From positions 265,670,001 through 265,734,000 of the forward strand of contig OZ024742.1 of NCBI GenBank assembly GCA_964016885.1: a stretch of DNA of 64,000 bases, read 5' to 3'. Position 1 is the stretch's first letter, and every line of letters begins with the position of its first letter. The notes under the pieces are model-generated. The model was given only the letters and a program-made list of their open reading frames with translations, was not told where the DNA came from and ran no database searches. The stretch comes from Eledone cirrhosa. Lineage: Eukaryota. Shown here piece by piece: positions 54,975 through 64,000 of this stretch. A program made the translations under genes and the position numbers.

Positions 54975-56755
54975 GCAGACCATCTAGACTAGGTGACTTG
55001 CTCCTCAAGCAGCCGAGCAGGGCTTCCCGAATCTAGTTTGATATTATCGACAATTCGTAGGACTCAGCATAGGCGGGCGAGTGTCGCTGGAGGACGTTGA
55101 GGTAGGAACTTACGTCCGCTACCGTCAACGACCTCCCTCCGCTTCCCACAAACTGTAGTGCTGATGAAGGGCCTCACACATCTGTCTATAATCGTTCAGC
55201 GCGGGTTAGTATCGGTCTACCAAAGACCGAATCGTGTTTTTGTTACCATGCTGGACCTCTGCCACTTGGGGCAACCAAACAGCTTTCACTCGCTCGTTTC
55301 TTAGAGCACGTGTATTGGTTCTGACAATGCAACCTTCCTGTTTCGCATTGAAGAAATGGTCTAATGTCATACTCGCCACTAGCACGTCAGTTGCAATGCC
55401 ACTTCTAATAACCTCATCTAATTTAGCTACACACGCTCCTTTCTATTTTTTCTATCGCTATTTCTTTACTAAAACCTATTGAAAATACTCTAATCTCTCT
55501 CTTGAGAGCACCTGACCACCTGCTGTTGACGACAGGCACCTAAAGATATTCGGCCATCCGGTCCCTATCGAGGCATAGAGGGTCACAATTCTAAAGGCAC
55601 CACTTTCGCTATTGCTCATATCCAGGACCACCAACTTACCGTCTGAATCCAGGAGGGTTACCTCGAGATCCAGGCCTTTCCTAAACAGTACTTCCACCTC
55701 CTCCCATTCCCGGCCGACTAAATTATGTGAAGATCTGATAGTCATCAAATATGAGGGATTGTACATGGCATTCACATCAGTATCTAATGTCCTAAGTTCG
55801 TTCTGAAAACGACCCTGTTTCCATGATGACCCCAGGTCCTACTCTTATAATTGCCATGATTAAAAGAGAACACAAGGGCGGGGCCTACTTACACTCCAGG
55901 CTCTGTTGGAGATTGGGTTGTTCAATCTCCATGTCTGGTGGTGTTCCTTTTGTAACTTCTTTAAAAGCCTGCTTGTCGCTTTTACATTTGGGTTTCCCAC
56001 GTCTTGGGGAAATCTCTCCTTAATGTTTTTGTGTTTCTGGTGCCATTCGCATCATCATCTGTGACTGTGCCACTTTCAAGATTGCTGTTGGCAAAAATCA
56101 CACCCAGTCCTGTCTCAATTTCCTCACTTCGTGCTATGAAGGCAGTCAGTTATTGTTTGGCCCTGCTTATTAGCACAAAGTTTGTTATCTGTGTAATGCG
56201 TTATTGTGGTTGTGCGAGTTTTCGATTGAATGGGGTTGGTATTGCTGTTGGTTTTGGTGTTGTTGTGTATGTGCCTGTGTTTGTTGTGTGTGCGGTGTCG
56301 GAGTTTTCTGTTGTGTTTTGTCCGTGTGGTGTTTGAGATTCTTTTATTTTACTAGTGTTTGCGATATTTGTTTGTTTGTTTTTTTTTGTCTTTTTGCTCT
56401 CTGTGGTTGTCCTTTGTCTTCATTACAAAAGCTCTTGGTCTCTGTGTCACTTTCAGATGTTTTTATTGTTGTTGTTGCTGTTGTTGCTGCTGCTGCTGTT
56501 GGTGTTTGTGTTGTTGTTGTTGTTGTTGTTGCTGTTGTTGCTGTTGCTGTTTTTGTTGTTTTTGTTGTTGTTGCAGTTGCTATTGGTGTTGTTATCCCTA
56601 TTGCCGTTGTTTCTCTCTTTTGTTTTGTTATTGTTGTTGGTGCTGCTGCTGCTGCTGTTGTTGTTGTTAGCGACACTGCCTAAAGTGGTGGTACTTTTTA
56701 TAACTGTGGTGATGGGAGTGGTTTCCACTCTGCTCAACGTTTGAGCCGCTGTCAC
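54975..56755 (-). mobile_element. Decayed L1/Tx1-like LINE: low-complexity ORF1 region and APE endonuclease
   Basis: LDSDGKLVVLDM..AFRIVTLYA (APE-like); (AAC/AGC)n-rich upstream part. Confidence 0.55.
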
Positions 56756-56959
56756 GTGACAGTTATCTTATCCTCCATATTTTTTACAGAAAAAAAATAT
56801 TTCAAAAAATATAAAATTCAAATATTTTAGCCGAAGGCCCAAATATTATGGGGTCTCCTTTCCACAACCATATCCCGAATGGTATTTCATATATAATTTT
56901 TAATAAAAATATTCAACAAATTATACCTTAAAACAACTCAAAATAACTAACGTTCTGTT

Positions 56960-58600
56960 TTTTCATAGAGAACTAAAAATTGTATGCTAAAATCAACCAA
57001 GAGTTAAAAGGACTCTTAACAACTGTGTAGCAATTTAGCAATAATATTGGCATGAAATTTGGCCTTGATAAATGCACTAAAGCAATGTTTAAAAGAGAAA
57101 AACTAACAAAAACATCATCTAATAAACTGGATATAGATACACCCATACAGGAGTTAGACCCATAAGGTACCTATAAATATCATGACATAAACGAAGGTGA
57201 TGTGATTAATAACAATCAAGTGAAGGAGAAAATACGGAAAGAATATTACAGAAGCTTAATGCTCATCCTGAAAACTGAACTAAATTCTAAAAACCGTGTC
57301 CAGGCTATAAACATCTTAGTTCTACCGGTGGTACGATACAGTTATAACTCCATCAATTAGAACTTATCTGATCTCCAAAGAATGAACTCCGAAACTCATG
57401 AACCCCTTACAGCATACAAAATGCATCACTCCAAGGCAGACGTATATCGCCTATATTTGCCAAGACAAGAAGGGGGAAGAGAATTAATCAAACTGGAACT
57501 GTCATACAAAATAACTATAATAGACTTACAAATGTATCTATAGACCACCAATTAATGGTGGATGGTGTTAGTATGAGAACACGAAAACCGAAAGAAACTA
57601 TTCAGTATTAAAGAGGCAAGAAAGTACAGAAAATAACTAGAAACTGACGACATACAGCTAAATAATGAAGCTGACCTAATTACAACTGAGGCAACAAAAA
57701 TCCACAGATGTAAGTCAATGCTAGAAGGTTTAAAAACATTTAGAGTTAGATGGTAACAAAAACATATGCACGGATAATCCCCACTTCGCACCAAAGATGC
57801 TGATGTAGATCAAGCAGAAACCCATCAGTGGCTATGAAAGTTCGGGATTAAATGCTGAAACAGAAAGTTTTACTTTTGCTGCCCCGAACCAGATCCTCTT
57901 TACTAGGAATTATCAGGCAAATATTCACAGAAATAGAGCAGACGCCAAATGCAGGATATGTGATGTACAGCTTGAAACAATTGACCATATAATATCAGGA
58001 TGTTCCACACTAACACCAACTAAATATAAGATTACACATGATAGGGTGGGACAATAGACCCACTGAATAATATGCAGAAAATATAATACAGAACATGTAG
58101 AAAACTGGTACAAACACAAACCATAACCAGTAACCGAGACTGAAGGAGCAAAATTCATTTGGGACTTTACCATTCACACAGATCGGACTATTCATTGAAA
58201 CCACCCTGATATTATTATTAAAGATATGAATAAACAAAACCTTCTTACACATTGACATGACTATGCCGTCTGATAGATATGTGTCAGAAAAAGAGTATGA
58301 GAAACTTGCTAAATATAACGATCTAGAAATTAAGATAAACAGAACGTGGCACCTTAAAACAGAAACTATTCCAATAGTGATAGAAGCTCAAGGTGACATA
58401 AAGTAAGGTGATCATAAGTTTCTAGAAAACATACATGGTAAACCTAACATATATGAAATCCAAAAGATAGTTCTAACACCTACCACTGATGGACCTCGTA
58501 ATTTTTTCTCTCTGTAATATATGTCAACACAATATTTTCAGTTTATTTTTTAGAGCAAAACTATTTGCCTAGGTACACACTATGTGACTAGATACAAACC
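56960..58600 (+). mobile_element. Decayed R4/Dong-like LINE (RT C-terminus and RLE), absent from ORF track
   Basis: IGMKFGLDKC; IRKEYYR..LKTELNSKNRVQAIN; RLYLPRQEGGR; CRIC..ETIDHIISGC; PDIIIKD; many stops. Confidence 0.85.
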
Positions 58601-58679
58601 CACCTATTTTTTTCTGGTTTGATCGTTGCTCTCGTCAACTTTTCATATTCTTCTTCGACGTTTTCGACCACCACAATTT

Positions 58680-60170
58680 CCGAGACGTTCGACACCATCA
58701 TGGTGATGTCGTCCGCATATGCCGATGCAACCTGTCTATGTTCCGGTTGGGGGATTTTTGTGCATTACCAGACATGACATGCCCAATCTTCCACGGAATT
58801 AGTGTTGGCAGCAAATGGAACGCCTGACCATTGGCATGCGTCCATTCTGCAAGAAGCTAAATAATAAACGATCCTGTGCAATTTGTTGGAGACAAGAACG
58901 AAGCACGACAGTCAGACGGTATTAGATAGCGGATACAATGTACGTGTCCGCCACCCCTGCCCGACCATTCAGAGACAGCTTCCTCTCGCCTCATTTCTGG
59001 GTGAGAATGACCAGCCTGTTCGTTACTTCGTCCCAGTTTTTTGTCTAGACCAAACCAAATTCCGAGAAATTTAACCAGTCCATCCGTCCAGTGTCCGACG
59101 TTGTTGTTGGATGGCATGGACTTGCTTCTCCAGTTGCCGAACCGCATGCCCACCGACTTTTTCCAAGTAATTTTCGCTCCAACCACAGATTCACATTCTC
59201 TCAGAGCAGTGCCGATCACCTCTGCGTGTCTGGTACTCGACATTACGACAGTGACATCGTCGGCATTTGCTGACACAGATCTCCTGTATCACGCAGGATA
59301 CCCCTCAACATCTGCAGTTTATGCACTAGTGGCTCGAGAGTTAGTCTGTACAACTGAGACGAGAGGGGACAACTTTGGTGAACCGAACAAATGTTTATAC
59401 ATAAGGTGATAGAATAAATACTGTTTTCGATTATTTCAACAATACTGTAATCTTCAATATGATGCGTTCACTATTTTCTTTTTTCTCTATTGTAATTTTC
59501 TTCTGATTTATCAAGAAAAGAGGAACAAGGCTTTCATCTTTTACAGGATTTTCCTGACTTATTTTGACAGTCAAACGAAGGAGGAAACACTGCCTCGTGG
59601 ATTGCAATCAGAAGAAGAATTTGTCTAAATAATTGTAACAGAATGGAGTTTACTAAAAGCACCCAAAAGCAATGTGATGGTATTAATACGAGATTGGGTC
59701 TACCACTCAAAGCTAAGAGTATTGCAATCGCTTGTCAGATTACAGAAAATGATGCACTTTTAGGCTACCGCAATATCTGTGCTTTGAAGATTTTTTAAGT
59801 GGGGAAAGGCCTTGCACTCGACCAATCCCACTCTCTGAGCATCAAAAACACTACACGAAAAGCAGAACTGGTCAACATCATCGGATGCTTCCGAAGCCAC
59901 CGTTTTTAGAGTTTCCCTCTCCTAGAAAGGTGTTGTGACAACAACTGGGGGCCTTTCACTCCCAGGTGAAAAAAAGTACTATTTGGACGGCCGTTTACTC
60001 TGCTTAGTAAATCCGCCCTTTGCCGGGTCTTGTATTTCATCCCGCAGGGTGTCCATACATCAACCTCCTCACCAAGCACGCTTGGTGGGGTTGCCAGTTT
60101 AGTCACCGACGACCCGTCCATGAGACAGGTTATACTGGGTTACATGTTATCAGTAGCACTTGAGAGCGAC
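58680..60170 (-). mobile_element. Rearranged L1/Tx1-like RT fragments
   Basis: SAYADDIT (about 58700-58725); SANADDVTV..VKFLGIWFG (58857-59276); further fragment at 59790-60170; middle segment unassigned. Confidence 0.6.
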
Positions 60171-60213
<43 letters not shown>

Positions 60214-60435
60214 AATTAGTATATCTACCAACATATGTATACAGATGCATACCTATGCTAGCAAATATATAGGTTTAGTCTTAGTAACTTTGTAGTTCAA
60301 TGCAAGGGGATGCAGAACAATTATATGAAAGACGTAAAATAAGAGAATTATGAAAATTGACTGACTTACTAAAATTTCACTCCAACTAATTAGTTTGTGT
60401 GTCCACGCATTGCCTAGGGGCTTAGCTGGGAATAG

Positions 60436-60516
60436 ACTCCCTGATGACGTAAGGTTTCTCTATGATTGCGTTGCGTAACCATATTTATTCCCTTACAGAA
60501 ACTAATTAGTTGGAGT
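60436..60516 (+). ncRNA. Type I hammerhead, array copy 1
   Basis: ACTCC-CTGATGA-C GTAAGG..CCTTAC A-GAAA-CTAATTAG-TT-GGAGT. Confidence 0.85.
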
Positions 60517-60963
60517 GAAATTTTAGTAAGTAAGTCAATTTTCATAATTCTCTTATTTTACGTCTTTCATATAATTGTTCTGCATCTCCTTACATTGAAC
60601 TACAAAGTTCCTAAGACTAAACCTATATATTTGCTAGCATAGGTATGCATCTGTATACATATGTTGGTAGATATACTAATTCTTTATAATTATCTCCAAA
60701 TTATTTGTTGAGTAAAAATTTGCCGAAATTACTACTATGGTTCATGGTAGTGGTCAGGCCCCTGTCTTAATAACATCCCACTCCTCACTGATTAACCTCA
60801 GTGTCACGTGATTGATTCTTTCGAATTTGCCACTGACCAAGTAGGCAGTGAATTTGTTCAATGTCCTGGAATTTAGTCCCCGCTCGCTTTTTTCCATCCA
60901 TTGAATTATTTTTATATGAGTTCCTTGTGACTACGCATTGCCTAGGAGCTTAGCTGGGAATAG

Positions 60964-61044
60964 ACTCCCTGATGACGTAAGGTTTCTCTATGATTGCGTT
61001 GCGTAACCATATTTATTCCCTTACAGAAACTAATTAGTTGGAGT
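60964..61044 (+). ncRNA. Type I hammerhead, array copy 2
   Basis: Identical to copy 1. Confidence 0.85.
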
Positions 61045-61487
61045 GAAATTTTAGTAAGTCAATTTTCATAATTCTCTTATTTTACGTCTTTCATATAATT
61101 GTTCTGCATCCCCTTGCATTGAACTACAAAGTTACTAAGACTAAACCTATATATTTGCTAGCATAGGTATGCATCTGTATACATATGTTGGTAGATATAC
61201 TAATTCTTTATAATTATCTCCAAATTATTTGTTGAGTAAAAATTTGCCGAAATTACTACTATGGTTCATGGTAGTGGTCAGGCCCCTGTCTTGATAACAT
61301 CCCACTCCTCACTGATTAACCTCAGTGTCACGTGAGTGATTCTTTCGAATTTGCCACTGACCAAGTAGGCAGTGAATTTTTTCAATGTCCTGGAATTTAG
61401 TCCCCGCTCGCTTTTTTCCATCCATTGAATTATTTTTATATGAGTTCCTTGTGACTACGCATTGCCTAGGAGCTTAGCTGGGAATAG

Positions 61488-61568
61488 ACTCCCTGATGAC
61501 GTAAGGTTTCTCTATGATTGCGTTGCGTAACCATATTTATTCCCTTACAGAAACTAATTAGTTGGAGT
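61488..61568 (+). ncRNA. Type I hammerhead, array copy 3
   Basis: Identical to copy 1. Confidence 0.85.
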
Positions 61569-62011
61569 GAAATTTTAGTAAGTCAATTTTCATAATTCTC
61601 TTATTTTACGTCTTTCATATAATTGTTCTGCATCCCCTTGCATTGAACTACAAAGTTACTAAGACTAAACCTATATATTTGCTAGCATAGGTATGCATCT
61701 GTATACATATGTTGGTAGATATACTAATTCTTTATAATTATCTCCAAATTATTTGTTGAGTAAAAATTTGCCGAAATTACTACTATGGTTCATGGTAGTG
61801 GTCAGGCCCCTGTCTTGATAACATCCCACTCCTCACTGATTAACCTCAGTGTCACGTGAGTGATTCTTTCGAATTTGCCACTGACCAAGTAGGCAGTGAA
61901 TTTTTTCAATGTCCTGGAATTTAGTCCCCGCTCGCTTTTTTCCATCCATTGAATTATTTTTATATGAGTTCCTTGTGTCCACGCATTGCCTAGGGGCTTA
62001 GCTGAGAATAG

Positions 62012-62092
62012 ACTCCCTGATGACGTAAGGTTTCTCTATGATTACGTTGCGTAACCATATTTATTCCCTTACAGAAACTAATTAGTTGGAGT
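62012..62092 (+). ncRNA. Type I hammerhead, array copy 4
   Basis: As copy 1, with a G>A change turning a G-U into an A-U pair in the distal stem II hairpin. Confidence 0.85.
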
Positions 62093-62141
62093 GAAATTTT
62101 AGTAAGTAAGTCAATTTTCATAATTCTCTTATTTTTACGTC

Positions 62142-62236
<95 letters not shown>

Positions 62237-62433
62237 TGTGTGTGTGTGTTATATAGTAAGGTGTATTATCGGTTGTGTCAAAACGGTCCAATAAATTTTT
62301 GTTAGCAATATTAAGTTCTCCACGCTTTTGTATATCTCCAATTCCATTTATGGGAACAGCTAGATAGTGTAAAACGGAGTATTTGTATCAAAATAAAGAT
62401 CCGAAGCATGGTATAAATTTCCAATCATTTTAA

Positions 62434-62507
62434 TCACGACACATGTTTCAATAAGCGATAGATCGATTGTGTAGCCATGATCGATTATCACTGATCTCGT
62501 CAGGTGA
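62434..62507 (-). ncRNA. Type I hammerhead within a fold-back element (62385-62675)
   Basis: rc: TCAC-CTGACGA-GATCAGTGATA..TATCGCTTATT-GAAA-CATGTG-TC-GTGA; 62474-62541 mirrored at 62572-62643. Confidence 0.72.
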
Positions 62508-62676
62508 AAATGAATTGTCTTCAAATCCTTGATATGAGGGAGAAAATTAACGATGTTCACTCACAGTTTAGTCCCTCATATCAAGGATTTGAAGACAATT
62601 CATTTTTACCTGACGAGATCAGTGATAATCGATCATGGCTACAATTGATCATGCCTTCGGATCTTTATTTTGATAT

Positions 62677-62801
<125 letters not shown>

Positions 62802-63354
62802 GATAGCCTAGAGATTGATTCTGACAGGGCCTTTCTAATTTGGCCAACATCTTTATAACGCACACACATTTTATTTTACTTGATTTTTCATTGATTTTTC
62901 ATTTATTTTTCATTTGTTTTGTTTTCTTCACCTTATTGCCTTATATTTATGCCTTATATTTAAGTTGAGAATGGTTATAACACACACACTTTTTATTTAA
63001 TTATCTTATTTCGTTTTATTCTTTTACCATCTTGTTCCTCCTACCACTTTATCCAACATCTTTCTGACCTTGAGATTGGTTATAGAACACACACATTTTA
63101 TTTTATTTGAATCTTCACTTCTATTTTCCACTTTTCATTTTCATATTTCATTTTACATTTTTCAATTTCCATTTGATTTTACATTTGTCATTTGTCATTT
63201 TCCATTAATTAATTTTTCATTTATTTTCTATTCATTATTTATTTTCTGTTTTCTTCATCTTATTGCCTTCTATTTCTTCATGAACATGGCAGACCCCTTC
63301 AAAATGTTTTTATTTAAAATGTTTTTATTTAAGCATACAGTATATTGCCAAATA

Positions 63355-63384
<30 letters not shown>

Positions 63385-63389
<5 letters not shown>

Positions 63390-63795
63390 TTTAGGAATAA
63401 CCAAAGAGTGCTTAGAAATACATTTATTTTATTAGCTAACAGTGTTTCATCTGTACCCTAAGGCAGGAATCATCAGAGCCAATAAACAGGAGTATATCAA
63501 TGGTTGCATGCTCCATCGCTATACGTTTAGACATGATAGACTTCAGAATACCACATCCCTAGCTAGTTACATATCCCTCCTGAAGAACACTGATATTCAA
63601 TACAAGCTTGATTGGAGAATCATCACTAAATCATCGCAGTACAGACCCCCTAGCAAGACCTGTGACCTTTGTCTCTCTGAATCACACGCCATAATATACT
63701 CCAAACTGAACCTGCTAAATAGGAAATCAGAAATATTCTCTTCTTGCCCGCACATAAATCTTAGCTCCTTCTATTACTTTAGACCAATTAGCTAA
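63385..63795 (+). pseudogene. PLE GIY-YIG 3' fragment
   Basis: YIGLGITK; TTSLASYI..LK..YKLDWRII..CDLCLSE..LLNRKSEIFSSCPH. Confidence 0.8.
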
Positions 63796-64000
63796 CGCTG
63801 TAGGACTTGCACACCTCCCTCCTGTCAGGCCTACGTAAAACCGCGCCACCCTGATTCCTGGTTCCTCTGTAACCTTAACTGCCCCTCAAGTGTATATGGG
63901 CTACTCTTCTATTTCATTTCTCTCTTCCCCTCTCGCTCACTTTTTTCTTCCTCTCTTCCCTAGTTCATATTATCACCACTAACCAATAACACATAGGGTA

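Larger units (their letters stand above)
60207..62148 (+). mobile_element. Retrozyme-like/solo-pLTR array: about 3.3 tandem ~524-bp HHR units plus 190-bp inverted arm, in (TA)n
   Basis: Near-identical units; 60207-60396 is the reverse complement of about 60499-60688; no ORF; (TA)n on both sides. Confidence 0.92.

Noticed and set aside
55161-55240. CTGATGA box
   Set aside because: No matching stem II/GAAA; lies within a LINE remnant
56204-56755. Poly-Cys/Val/Leu/Thr/Asn ORFs
   Set aside because: (GTT/GCT)n low-complexity tract
59540-59765. Possible exon after TTTTACAG
   Set aside because: Stops in all frames and no recognisable homology
60397-62148. CRISPR array or plain satellite interpretation
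   Set aside because: No repeat-spacer structure; few units, each with a ribozyme, plus an inverted arm

Overview
AT-rich, microsatellite-saturated animal genomic DNA. The SINE, LINE and Penelope content suggests a mollusc, probably a cephalopod (inference). I found no convincing host gene, and most ORFs in the track are (TA)n/(CA)n/(CATA)n artefacts. The window is a mosaic of mostly decayed retroelements: about 10 Penelope-like element (PLE) fragments (RT plus GIY-YIG), R4/Dong-type RLE LINEs (one near-intact, in a (CATA)n tract), RTE LINEs (one with three C2H2 fingers), CR1-, Tx1- and RNase H-bearing LINE remnants, and many tRNA-type SINEs. It also holds two hAT MITEs and a non-autonomous Helitron. 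The main unannotated signal is RNA structure: at least 14 type I hammerhead ribozyme (HHR) motifs from about 8 unrelated families, read by eye. Most have a short palindromic stem III. They lie at PLE 3' ends or in small non-coding tandem/inverted elements inside (TA)n tracts. The best example is a young ORF-less array at 60.2-62.1 kb: four identical-core HHRs spaced 528/524/524 nt apart plus an inverted arm, i.e. a candidate retrozyme able to make ~524-nt circular RNAs. No database search or folding program was run.
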